NCBI GenBank assembly: GCA_963665235.2
Contig: CAXXLX010000002.1
Location: forward strand, 352,001 to 416,000
Length of the DNA stretch: 64,000 bases
Source of the DNA: Candidatus Poribacteria bacterium
GTDB taxonomy: Bacteria; Poribacteria; WGA-4E; WGA-3G
Direction: 5' to 3'
A model generated the notes under the pieces. The model saw only the letters and a list, made by a program, of their open reading frames with translations, did not search any database and had not been told where the DNA came from. Below are positions 20,743 to 30,331 of this stretch, in pieces. The position numbers were made by a program, and so were the translations under genes. The number at the start of each line of letters is the position of its first letter. The stretch's first letter is position 1.

Positions 20743-21324
20743 ATGAAAATCGCCATTATGGGGGGAACTTTCAACCCAATCCATTACGCCCATTTGCTCA
20801 GTGCCGAACAGGTACGGGAAGGATTAGGTTACGACAAAATTTTGTTTATCCCCGCAGCACGACCACCGCATAAATCGCAACCGGATATGGTGTCCGCTGA
20901 GCATCGGTACCAGATGGTGCTGTTAGCAACAGCGGAGAATCCATATTTTGAGGTGTCTCGGATTGAACTAGACCGCGCGGGACCCTCCTACACAATTCAG
21001 ACGATAAAAGCGTTACAGCAGCTGTATGATGAAACAACGAAGCTTGCATGGATTATCGGGGCAGATTCGTTGATTGAATATGAAATTTGGAAGGATTTTG
21101 ACGAACTATTAACACAGTGCACTATGATTGCCACAACACGCCCCAATTACGACCTAACGAGTGTTCCCCCAGAAGTCCGAAACCGAGTTACAACGTTTCA
21201 GATAACAGGGTTTGATATGTCCGCAACCTACATTCGGGACCGCATCCGCAAAGGTGTTTCCATCCGATACCTTGTACCTGAAGCGGTTGCTGCCTATATC
21301 TACGAGCATCGGTTATACCAGTAA
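20743..21324 (+). CDS. nadD: Nicotinate-nucleotide adenylyltransferase
   Basis: GGTFNPIHYAH, PPHK, SYTIQT, IIGAD, W, MSATYIR. Confidence 0.96.
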   Translation: MKIAIMGGTFNPIHYAHLLSAEQVREGLGYDKILFIPAARPPHKSQPDMVSAEHRYQMVLLATAENPYFEVSRIELDRAGPSYTIQTIKALQQLYDETTKLAWIIGADSLIEYEIWKDFDELLTQCTMIATTRPNYDLTSVPPEVRNRVTTFQITGFDMSATYIRDRIRKGVSIRYLVPEAVAAYIYEHRLYQ

Positions 21325-21357
21325 AGAGAAAGTCGACAACTTTGGAAAGGAGACAAT

Positions 21358-21597
21358 ATGGAACATAAATGTAGCATCTGCAACACAGTCTACGAATTTA
21401 ATTACCAAAAAGGGATACCGTTACCCTCACACTTCCCGTTCTGTAGCGACCGGTGCAAGACAATAGATTTAGGAAAATGGCTCAACGAGGAATACTGTAT
21501 CAGCACGCCGCTGCCTGAAGCTGAGATATTAACAGACATGGACCGAAAAATTCTAGCGGAACTGCTTGGAGACGACACCGAATCCGAGGAAGCTTAA
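21358..21597 (+). CDS. yacG: DNA gyrase inhibitor YacG-like zinc finger
   Basis: CxxC...PFCSDRCKTIDLGKWL. Confidence 0.88.
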   Translation: MEHKCSICNTVYEFNYQKGIPLPSHFPFCSDRCKTIDLGKWLNEEYCISTPLPEAEILTDMDRKILAELLGDDTESEEA

Positions 21598-21624
21598 CTA
21601 ACAACCAATCGCTAAAAGAGATAC

Positions 21625-22272
21625 ATGACAATGCACAACCCTTTTTCATCAGCTCAGCGTGACGATGGACAGCGTCCCGTTCCTACTGCTTTAGCGGAAC
21701 TCCGAGAACACCCAAAATCGATAGAAATCCAGCAATATCTGTCAGAAAAATTGACTCCGAAACGTTACACGCATGTCCTTGCTGTTCAGGAAACGGCTGT
21801 CGCATTAGCACAGCGACATGATGCCGACATATCTAAAGCCAATTTGGCTGCCCTACTGCACGACGTTGCAAAATGGATGAACAAGACGCAGCTATACACT
21901 GCCGTGGCAGATTATCAGATTCAACTCGATGCAATTGAAAGAATTACGCCTGCGTTGTTACATCCAATTATCGGGGTCAAGCTAGCTATTGAACGTTTCG
22001 ATATAACCAACCTTGAAGTGCTTGAAGCAATCCGCAACCACACAACGGGTAACGCCTCAATGGGTTTAATAGCGCAAGTAGTATACGTAGCTGATTTTAT
22101 TGAGCCGACCCGCATCCATGAAGGTGTCACACATGTAAGAGAAGTGGCGGAGACGGACCTGTCGCTTGCGGTGCATCACGTTGCTCGCTATAAAATTGTT
22201 CATCTCCTTCAAGAGGGAAGGATAATTCATCCCAACACTTTGCACACCTACAACAGCACCTTGGCGGAATAG
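21625..22272 (+). CDS. yqeK: HD-domain bis(5'-nucleosyl)-tetraphosphatase YqeK
   Basis: RYTH, LLHDVAK, LLH, NHTTG, YVADFIEP. Linked to nadD. Confidence 0.88.
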   Translation: MTMHNPFSSAQRDDGQRPVPTALAELREHPKSIEIQQYLSEKLTPKRYTHVLAVQETAVALAQRHDADISKANLAALLHDVAKWMNKTQLYTAVADYQIQLDAIERITPALLHPIIGVKLAIERFDITNLEVLEAIRNHTTGNASMGLIAQVVYVADFIEPTRIHEGVTHVREVAETDLSLAVHHVARYKIVHLLQEGRIIHPNTLHTYNSTLAE

Positions 22273-22393
22273 CAAGCCGAATTTTGAAAAAAACTTGCAA
22301 TTTTCCTGAAAATTGGGTACGATTATTGATATGGAAAACGCGCCAAAATTTGCGGTTTGATAAAGCGGGCTCCTTAAAGAGAGGACTAGAAAC

Positions 22394-23056
22394 ATGCAGA
22401 CTTACACACTCTCACAGTTCAATGAAGAAACACTCAAGACTCTCGTCACACTAAGCGAAGTGGACGGCACAGCAGAAACCTGGGAGAAGATGCGGATAGC
22501 CTTAACCGCCGAGGAAAACGCGATAATTGACTACTCCATCAGGTCAGATGCCCAACAACGCCATCTGCCAATTTTGAATGAGGCGACACTCTGGGGACGA
22601 GCAATTTATCCACTGTTACAGCTGGCAGAACAGGGGCATATTCAAGCGTGGGCAGATGTTCCGCTCAAAGCCACCTATCCCACATTTACGCTTGAAGGCG
22701 AAGTGGCTGGCGCGCTTGCACCCTCCGTAGGCGGTAGAATTCAACTTCCCTATCTACAAATTGTGCATCAAGCCAAGCGGGGTATCAATGCTCCTAATCC
22801 GCAATTCCAACTCTACGGCGAAATACTCGCCGCTGCATGGCTTAACTGGCAAAGCGATACTAAGCCGAAACAAAGGATTTTTGGGTGCTACACGCTCATT
22901 GACCGATGGCATTTCGCTCGCTGCGTTGTTGAGGGTATTGAAACAGAAAAACCGATGCTCAACATTGAATTTGCACCTGTATATAACGGCATCACTGACG
23001 CGGAACGCATCGTGCAATTGCTAAAATTTATCGTCGCGGAACAGAGCAATAACTAA
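22394..23056 (+). CDS. Hypothetical protein, degenerate PD-(D/E)xK-like fold
   Basis: NEATLW..AIYPLL, HQAKRG...QLYGEILAA, IFGCYT..D.W.F resemble a family common in cyanobacteria (recalled, not searched). Confidence 0.55.
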   Translation: MQTYTLSQFNEETLKTLVTLSEVDGTAETWEKMRIALTAEENAIIDYSIRSDAQQRHLPILNEATLWGRAIYPLLQLAEQGHIQAWADVPLKATYPTFTLEGEVAGALAPSVGGRIQLPYLQIVHQAKRGINAPNPQFQLYGEILAAAWLNWQSDTKPKQRIFGCYTLIDRWHFARCVVEGIETEKPMLNIEFAPVYNGITDAERIVQLLKFIVAEQSNN

Positions 23057-23070
23057 TTGGGGAGATTACT

Positions 23071-23919
23071 ATGGCAACTTTTGGAACCGGGGACTATCGG
23101 TATGAGGTCGTAGAGGGGTGGGGCATGATTCCGCAACTCGGCCTCGTTTCAGGGGTAGCGTGCGACTCAAATAATCGGGTCTATGTTTACAATCGCAGCC
23201 CGCAACCCGCCATGCTCGTTTTTGAAGCGGATGGCACTTTCGTCACAGAATGGGGCAAGGATATTTTCAAAAAACCCCACGGAATTTGGATAAGTCCAGA
23301 TGATGAAATCTATACCACAGACACCATTGACCACACTGTCCGGAAATTCTCGCTTGATGGCGAGCTGTTGCAAACGTTCGGCACCGTCGAGCAGCCGGGT
23401 GCCCCAGGCACACCGTTTAATCAACCGACGCGTGCTGTCCTTTCTGCCACCGGAGAGATGTATGTCTCTGATGGCTATGGACAATCGCGCGTTCACCGCC
23501 TAACCCCCGATGGCGAAGTTATCGTCTCATGGGGAGCACCCGGAACTGGGCCCGGTGAATTCAACCTGCCCCACGATGTTACAGTAGACGCAAACGACAC
23601 TGTGTATATACTCGACCGGGGCAACCTTCGATGTCAAATATTTAACAACGATGGCGAATTTCTGACCGAGTGGACAGACCTCCGCTCCCCTAATGACCTA
23701 TTCATCGACACCGATAATATCATTCACATTGCCGAAGCGAGGCAAAGCATCTGTATCATGACACTACAGGGCGATATCATCGGACGCTGGGGAGAAAAGG
23801 GAACGGCACCAGGACAATTCAGCGATTCACCACACGGAATCTGGATTGACTCAACAGGAGACATCTATGTCAGCGAAGTCATCGCTGAAAGACGTTTCCA
23901 AAAATTTGTGAGGATATAA
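23071..23919 (+). CDS. NHL-repeat beta-propeller (peptidyl-alpha-hydroxyglycine lyase family)
   Basis: Repeated F..PHG/PT, YVSDGYG, WG..G..PG.F..PH motifs. Confidence 0.9.
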   Translation: MATFGTGDYRYEVVEGWGMIPQLGLVSGVACDSNNRVYVYNRSPQPAMLVFEADGTFVTEWGKDIFKKPHGIWISPDDEIYTTDTIDHTVRKFSLDGELLQTFGTVEQPGAPGTPFNQPTRAVLSATGEMYVSDGYGQSRVHRLTPDGEVIVSWGAPGTGPGEFNLPHDVTVDANDTVYILDRGNLRCQIFNNDGEFLTEWTDLRSPNDLFIDTDNIIHIAEARQSICIMTLQGDIIGRWGEKGTAPGQFSDSPHGIWIDSTGDIYVSEVIAERRFQKFVRI

Positions 23920-23925
23920 CCTGTT

Positions 23926-24960
23926 TTGAAGAAATGTTATCTCTATATTTTTAGTATCGTTTTTATCGGTTTTGTAGCAGGCACAACCGCTTTTGCTGAT
24001 GGCGGACATGAACATTCAGGGGACTGGTTTAAAAACTTTATCACACAACCGATGACGTTCCAATTGGCAATCGCCGCGCTAGTTGTCTCGTTTGTGCTAG
24101 GCGGATTACACGCCTTGACCCCCGGACACGGAAAAGCGGTTGTCGCAGCGTATCTCGTTGGCTCTAAAGGTCGCGTAATTGATGCGATTTTCTTGGGACT
24201 TGTCGTCACCTTCACCCACACCTTCAGCGTTATTGTGCTGGGGGTCATCATGCTGTTAGCAGAGGAGCATTTTGTCCCAGATGATATTGTTCCGTGGCTG
24301 AGTTTGGTTTCCGGGGTTTTGATTGCTGGCATTGGAGCGTGGCTGCTCGTCAGAAATGTGAAAGGGGCTGCCCACGGACATACACACAGCCATGGACCTG
24401 GGCATCATCATCATCCGCACGACCATTCCCATAGTCATGAGCACGACCATTCTCACGACTCTGAACATACCCATTCTCATGACCCGGAGGATGCTCATTC
24501 TCACAGTCATGAACATGGGCATTCTCACGACCCGGAGGATGCTCATTCTCACAGTCATGAACATGGACATTCTCACGACCCGGAGGATGCCCATTCCCAC
24601 AGTCATAGCCATGGACATGGGCATTCACATAGTCATGTGCCATCAGAGCGCCCTGGTTTCTGGGGATTGTTATCGCTCGGCATCTCTGGCGGCATCGTGC
24701 CGTGCGTTGACGCGCTTATCGGTCTGCTGTTTGCTATCAGCCTTAATAAAATTGCGCTGGGGTTGATTATCCTCTGTGCCTTCTCTTTAGGACTTGCCGC
24801 CGTACTAGTTGCTATTGGCATTCTGATGGTTTTAGCGAAACCGATTATTGAACGTTTCACAGGTGAAGGTGTTTGGCTACGCCGCTTACCAATTATCAGT
24901 GCCGCCGTCGTTATCCTACTTGGAGGCTTATTGGTAATCAAAGCAATCAACACTATTTGA
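23926..24960 (+). CDS. RcnA/NiCoT-family Ni/Co transporter with a long His-rich loop
   Basis: GGLHALTPGHGK, TFTHT, GGIVPC, FSLGLA. The loop contains three HSHDPEDAHSHS units (48-bp period, about 24470-24610). Confidence 0.88.
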   Translation: MKKCYLYIFSIVFIGFVAGTTAFADGGHEHSGDWFKNFITQPMTFQLAIAALVVSFVLGGLHALTPGHGKAVVAAYLVGSKGRVIDAIFLGLVVTFTHTFSVIVLGVIMLLAEEHFVPDDIVPWLSLVSGVLIAGIGAWLLVRNVKGAAHGHTHSHGPGHHHHPHDHSHSHEHDHSHDSEHTHSHDPEDAHSHSHEHGHSHDPEDAHSHSHEHGHSHDPEDAHSHSHSHGHGHSHSHVPSERPGFWGLLSLGISGGIVPCVDALIGLLFAISLNKIALGLIILCAFSLGLAAVLVAIGILMVLAKPIIERFTGEGVWLRRLPIISAAVVILLGGLLVIKAINTI

Positions 24961-25076
24961 ATCATGTTATTAGGCCGCTGCACCTATTACCTAAGAGTTG
25001 TGGGGTTGTGTATTTCTATAAAAACTGTACACACTCCGAACGCAACATCGGGCATCAGGAGACAGTTAAATATTTT

Positions 25077-25965
25077 ATGCTAAAGACTGTAGGTATTTTG
25101 AGCCCTGGCGATATGGGACACACCGTCGGCACTGTTCTCAGTCAAAATGGTTTACGCGTTATTACCTGCTTGGCGGGACGCAGCCAGCGCACCCGGCAGC
25201 TTGCGGAAAAAGCGGGCATTGTGGATGTACCGACGTATTCGCAACTTGTCATCGACGCTGAGCTGATTCTCTCAATTATGGTACCAGCACAGGCGATGTC
25301 TGCTGCAAGTGAAGTCGCGGAAGCCTTGCAACAAACAGGGACATCCTTGACCTATGTCGATTGTAATGCCATTGCACCGCAAACAACGCGCCAATTAGGG
25401 GAGCAGATTACATCAGCAGGGGGTGTATTTGTCGACGCGTCTATCATAGGACCGCCCCCACGCAGACCAGGGACCGGGGGCGACGCGTTTCTATGCATCG
25501 GGCCCCAACCTTGACATTTTCTCCCAGCTCAACGATTACGGCTTAGAGGTACGCACGCTCGGTAACGAGATAGGGCAGGCCTCTGCAATTAAGATGTGTT
25601 ATGCCGCATTGACGAAAGGACTAACCGCGCTCTGCACCGAATTACTGACCGCTGCAAAACGCCTCGGCGTAGCGGACGCACTAACAGCAGAATTTCAATT
25701 GAGTCAAGCGGCTCTTTTTGCACGGATGGAAAACGGACTGCCCGGCATGCCACCCAAAGCCAGACGTTGGATTGGAGAGATGGAGGAAATCTCGGCAACA
25801 TTTGCACACGTTGGATTGACACCGGACCTCTTGGCAGGCGCAGCGGATATGTACCGACTGGTAGGTGAAACCCATCTCGCTGACCTACCCCCGGAGGCAC
25901 GGGACCAGTTCCCGACATTGACAGAGTTAATCGCAGTCCTAGCAGAACAGCTTGAGAAGATGTAG
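25077..25965 (+). pseudogene. 6-phosphogluconate-dehydrogenase-like NAD(P)-binding / DUF1932 protein, frameshifted
   Basis: GILSPGDMG N-domain and ASAIKMCYAALTKG...RRWIGEMEEI C-domain lie in different frames. Removing the 7-bp duplication ACCGGGG (25473-25479) restores RPGATRFYASGP. Confidence 0.85.
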
Positions 25966-25990
25966 ACGAACGGACCGCTTACCTACATTG

Positions 25991-26779
25991 TTATTCTGCT
26001 TCGTCCACGGGCTGTTTGACTTCAGGCTCCGCAAGAATCCATTCTTGGAATGCCGGCGCGTCTACAAAAAATGAACGCATCAGCGCAAATTCATCGGGTG
26101 TTGCAATTGCACATCGCAGCATACCTTCCCTGGCCCCGTGCGTCTCGATACGCTCCCGCCATGCCTGCTGAAACACCTTCGTGTCATCTATTATGAGCTT
26201 GGAAAACATACCCATCTGCACCATTTGAGAACTCAGACCGGAGGTATCCGAAACGTGTTCCATTAGCGGTTCTATCAGATGCTCCTGCTGGAGTTTGGTC
26301 ATTTCTCCTATTTCCTCACGCGGTTCTGGCACTGTCGTGCACCACTCCCAGATTCTGAAGTAGTAATCCAGCCAATGTTGTAATTCTGCAGCGTCCTTCT
26401 CATCCCCCACAACCGCTTTAAGCCGGGACGATACAGCGGTTCTATGGTTTTCCGTGGGCATCGCGGCGACATAAGCCGAAAAATCTGTATACGCCTCCCC
26501 ATCGCGCATTTTTAAATAAGAGAGATAGGGTTCACTGGACAAAACGTCTTCTAAATCAATTTCTTCAGCTTGTAGAAGTTGGTTGAGCAGGTTTTCTTGG
26601 TCTTCAGTTAAGGGGGCATGTGCAAACGTCTTTAATTTTTGTGTGTAGATACGATGCTGCGCGGATACCTCTTTCATCTCCTGCGTTATTTTGCCAATCC
26701 ACTTTACCACAAAAATTATTCCGCCAGCGAGAAGCACAACAAATATGCCGATAAGAATCAGAACAATAGGTTTTTTCAT
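25991..26779 (-). CDS. Hypothetical membrane-anchored protein
   Basis: 262 aa ORF, N-terminal TM, HG..EGMLR motif. Coupled to the upstream gene through a TAATG overlap. Confidence 0.8.
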   Translation of the reverse strand: MKKPIVLILIGIFVVLLAGGIIFVVKWIGKITQEMKEVSAQHRIYTQKLKTFAHAPLTEDQENLLNQLLQAEEIDLEDVLSSEPYLSYLKMRDGEAYTDFSAYVAAMPTENHRTAVSSRLKAVVGDEKDAAELQHWLDYYFRIWEWCTTVPEPREEIGEMTKLQQEHLIEPLMEHVSDTSGLSSQMVQMGMFSKLIIDDTKVFQQAWRERIETHGAREGMLRCAIATPDEFALMRSFFVDAPAFQEWILAEPEVKQPVDEAE

Positions 26780-27927
26780 TATTTTCTCCCCGGTTTCGGC
26801 GCGGGTTGACGCGCAGGCGGTTTAGCAGGGGGGCTCCCAGCCGTTTGTCCAGAAAGCCACGCCTCTATTTTTGCAGGTGTGTCGAACTGCTTCAAAATCC
26901 AACCTGCAGCCTCCTTATCGGTTTCAAGCAGACGTAACATACCTGCCTCTGTGCCGTGGAGCAACAAAACCTCCCGAATCTTCGCTACGCGCGCAGGCGA
27001 TAGCGGTGCAGGTGCCGCTGTGGCAGGGTTCGGGGCATGCCCACTATCACTGTTTGTAGACGTAGGCGAAGCATTAACAGTGTCTGTCTGTGGGACTGTG
27101 TCTTGGGGGTTAAGTGCAGGCATTGCTGGTCCCTGTGTCATGGTTCCGGCAAAACTTTTTATGAATTCGGACATGTCCTCAGTATCAGAATATTCAACGC
27201 CTTCCAATGCCCCCGCAGCGATGATTTCGCCACGCATCCACTCTATTTGTTGACCGATTTTACCTTGAAACTGAGCAAGTGTCCATGCGGTAAAATCCTG
27301 TTCTTTATGGAGTTTCACCGCAACAGCTGTCATTACCTCATGAAAGTCGCCTGGCGTAGCGGCGACTATCTCGTGAATGCGCGTTGCCATTTGTGCCTCG
27401 TAATCGGCAGGCGTGCCTTCAGGAAAATGCTGGCGGAACACCTTCATCCCGATTTCCGCAAAATTAATGGGCAGCCCCATAATATCATAGAGTTCCTGCA
27501 TATCAATATCCGGTACTTCCCCTGGCGTAATTCCATCAAATTTTTCAGAGAACCACTTTTCAGCTGCTTCCATTCGCTCCAAAGCTTCTGCACTCATAAG
27601 GGATTTAAGTTTATCAGTGAACTCCTGAGCGTCTTCAGGATTTTCAAACCCCTTAAAGTTTTCAAGGTCGTTCGTTTTCAGCAGCTCTTTGAGTTTGTTT
27701 GCATCTATGCCGAAGGTGGATGCTTGCGGGGGTACACCTGTTTCAGTAGTTGGGGCAACATCGTCCACGGCCTCGGTTTCGGACATCTCAGTGGGTTCGT
27801 CTGTCTCCTGTTCCTGAACCGATTCCATTTCGACCGGCGTATCGGTTTGGGGCCCTGATGTCAGGAAAACCACCACGCCGAGGAGAAAGCATATACCCAT
27901 GAAAACGGGAAATAAACGCTCTTTCAT
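26779..27927 (-). CDS. Hypothetical membrane-anchored protein
   Basis: 382 aa ORF with SD, N-terminal TM, acidic and Pro-rich linkers, HGTEAGMLRL motif. Confidence 0.8.
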   Translation of the reverse strand: MKERLFPVFMGICFLLGVVVFLTSGPQTDTPVEMESVQEQETDEPTEMSETEAVDDVAPTTETGVPPQASTFGIDANKLKELLKTNDLENFKGFENPEDAQEFTDKLKSLMSAEALERMEAAEKWFSEKFDGITPGEVPDIDMQELYDIMGLPINFAEIGMKVFRQHFPEGTPADYEAQMATRIHEIVAATPGDFHEVMTAVAVKLHKEQDFTAWTLAQFQGKIGQQIEWMRGEIIAAGALEGVEYSDTEDMSEFIKSFAGTMTQGPAMPALNPQDTVPQTDTVNASPTSTNSDSGHAPNPATAAPAPLSPARVAKIREVLLLHGTEAGMLRLLETDKEAAGWILKQFDTPAKIEAWLSGQTAGSPPAKPPARQPAPKPGRK

Positions 27928-28018
27928 TGGAAACCTCTTTCTTCTGTAGGAGCGAGCTCCTTCCTACGGTTATCAATGTCATAGTCACATCAGTTCTTGA
28001 TTAATCTATCATTCCTGC

Positions 28019-28048
28019 ATTATACTACATGCTCACTAAACTTGTCAA
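28019..28048 (-). promoter_or_regulatory. Putative sigma70 promoter
   Basis: TTGACA-18-TATAAT upstream of the gene starting at 27927. Confidence 0.65.
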
Positions 28049-28426
28049 TAGGAAAGAATCAACAACGGCATAAAACTGCCCTGATTTCCGTTCTTGTATG
28101 TATGCTGTAGCACTACTGCCATCTGTGGCTACAGCGGTGCCGAGCAGTGTATATGCGGATTCTCGCTGGGGTGGTTGCCAGTTGAGCCGTCTAAAGATGT
28201 TATTGTCAATAATCGCTTGATAGAACGCCTCAGGGTCTACCCCCTGAGACTCCTCGCCTTTTGAAAGTGTCGGCAGAGGACGAGCTCGAGTCACCGATAC
28301 TATGTCCGCGTCCGAGATTTGAGGGGACGCGGGTGTATCAGGCCTGTGCCCACCCCAAAATAGGAGTAGCAGCCCACATGCACACACAGTTGCGAAAATA
28401 CCAGCAATCATTAGGATACGCCGCAT
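28025..28426 (-). CDS. Hypothetical GspC/PilP-like protein, probably C-terminally truncated
   Basis: TM helix, then FYQAIIDNNIFR.L.W.PP...YTLLGT...A.I.E. Similarity appears to end abruptly. Confidence 0.5.
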   Translation of the reverse strand: MRRILMIAGIFATVCACGLLLLFWGGHRPDTPASPQISDADIVSVTRARPLPTLSKGEESQGVDPEAFYQAIIDNNIFRRLNWQPPQRESAYTLLGTAVATDGSSATAYIQERKSGQFYAVVDSFLLTSLVSM

Positions 28427-28463
28427 TGTCCCTCCATTGATTACAGCACACAAGGGGGTTTCC

Positions 28464-29843
28464 CTACTCCTGCGCCGCCGGTAATTCCGAGGGGGTGGGT
28501 GCTTTGGGTTTTGAACGTTCTGGGGAACGGTGCCCTGGAGGAGTCCCCTTCGGTTGCATCCTTTCTTCGCCTGCCTGTCGTATCGCGTCAAGCTCCTTTA
28601 TCACTTGTTGTAGCTCCCGGAGATCTCTCGGCAAATCACCTCCATGCCATTCCTGCAGAATCTCAAACCACAGCTGGATGTTGTGCGGGCCAGGAGGTTC
28701 AGGAGGCAGTATGTCAAAGGGGAACTCCCGCTTCGATTCGGGTCCACCGGGGCGTTGTGAGGGGCGTTGCGCGTTCTCTTGTCCATCCGACTTGTCGTGT
28801 GGATGTGGATGCAGGCGTTCATCCTGTGAGGGCGTTGTGAGGGGCGGGACGATTTTCTGTGTTTTCTCAGATTGTGATTTGAAGAGTGCCTCGTGGTCAG
28901 CTATCAGCTTTTCAACATGTTCCTCTACTGCCTCGAGTGCTGCCATCTGGCGTTCATAAAACCTCGGCGGGGGAAGGCCAGATGGCATTGGATTGCCATT
29001 TTCATCTGTATAGATAACGGTGACCCCCTTCGGTGCAACACCATACATCGTTATATCGTTTTTCTGTTCTTCGGATAACATCGCACCTGTAAACGTCGAC
29101 AGCGGTTTATCTTCAGACACATGGACATACACAGTGTTGGGGGAAAAAGGGGTATAGACACCATTTAGATCGGTGATGCCCCCGGCTATGGACGGATCCC
29201 GATCCACTGCACGCTGCGTGTTGAGCCTTGCAACAATACTAAACTTAATCCTGACTTCTTCAAGTTCTTCCCAAGTTGCGTCCTCAGGTAACCTGTAACC
29301 CTTAAGAATATTTAATCTTGTTTCTGGGTTATCGAATTCGGACTTATCCTGTAACATTTGAAATCTTAGATCCGATGCCATTTTATACTGCCCAAATATA
29401 AGAAACGGGTACCCATTATCCAAGAGGTGTTGAAGCCATGCCTCTTTTGGCCAGTAATCCTCTCCGCGCGCCACCAATCCACGTGATGGGTTCTCAAAAG
29501 TCTTATACTCTTCTTCCCATTTTTCTATCATTTCTGGGACAGTGTGGGGTTGATAGTCTCTTTTGATGGCTGCAAGGTCAAGGTTATCCCATACACGGAG
29601 AATAGAATGTTCTGCTATAGTATCCGGCGTGGTTGTTTTAGATGGAGCTGCAGGCGGCAAAATAGGTGGATGGGTATGCTCAACCACCTCACCCTCCGGG
29701 ACCACATGCTGATGCGGTTTAGAAATAGGGATCCGGTCAAGTATCGACTTTTCCTCTTTCTTTTGTAGGATACCTACATAGGATGCAACACCGACAATAA
29801 CAATAACAATAGAAATAAGTAGAAAACGAACCTGTTTTTTCAT
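28464..29843 (-). CDS. Hypothetical exported/anchored protein
   Basis: Long ORF, AAGGAG SD before MKKQVR, N-terminal TM, HxH motifs, Pro-rich C-terminus. Confidence 0.8.
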   Translation of the reverse strand: MKKQVRFLLISIVIVIVGVASYVGILQKKEEKSILDRIPISKPHQHVVPEGEVVEHTHPPILPPAAPSKTTTPDTIAEHSILRVWDNLDLAAIKRDYQPHTVPEMIEKWEEEYKTFENPSRGLVARGEDYWPKEAWLQHLLDNGYPFLIFGQYKMASDLRFQMLQDKSEFDNPETRLNILKGYRLPEDATWEELEEVRIKFSIVARLNTQRAVDRDPSIAGGITDLNGVYTPFSPNTVYVHVSEDKPLSTFTGAMLSEEQKNDITMYGVAPKGVTVIYTDENGNPMPSGLPPPRFYERQMAALEAVEEHVEKLIADHEALFKSQSEKTQKIVPPLTTPSQDERLHPHPHDKSDGQENAQRPSQRPGGPESKREFPFDILPPEPPGPHNIQLWFEILQEWHGGDLPRDLRELQQVIKELDAIRQAGEERMQPKGTPPGHRSPERSKPKAPTPSELPAAQE

Positions 29844-30068
29844 AGCAATCTCTCTCCTTTTAAATCCTTCGTCAGGGCGTGGAGGAGAAGTATCTCCCTT
29901 TTCATGTTTCAGAAAATACGCGCTCCTTACTTTTGATGCTTGTTGGATAATAGAGCGGGCAACGACCAATATGTCTCTAATCCCAATTAGTTGGACAACG
30001 CTCGCTCTTCCGATAGATGCAATGCAGTAGGAATCCGCATAACGTTAGAGCGTTAGGTTTAATGTCCT

Positions 30069-30331
30069 TAGTGGTTCACTCGCTAAACATTTATCATATC
30101 TAAAACTCACATAATCGCTCAAAAAACCCATTCCCCCCGCCTGCGGGGGGTTAGGGGGGGGCGATTCGGAACGGGCAAAAGCACATCTAATTACCGAGTA
30201 AACCACTTAGTGGTCTGCTCGCTAAGTTTATATGGTAATATGGACACGCCATTGTTGTAAGCACAATAGTATGTCCCGGCTATTATCTGGAAACTTAAAT
30301 GACATAAGAATTTACCGAGTGAACCACTTAG
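30069..30331. mobile_element. Two tandem MITE-like elements with TAGTGGTTCACTCG/CGAGTGAACCACT ends
   Basis: Inverted ends at about 30069/30211 and 30209/30331. The first contains a CCCCCCGCCTGCGGGGGG palindrome. Confidence 0.65.

Noticed and set aside
27037-27858. Long antisense ORFs (e.g. 27037-27858, 49012-49656, 53640-54188, 56673-57245)
   Set aside because: They are shadows of well-supported genes on the opposite strand.
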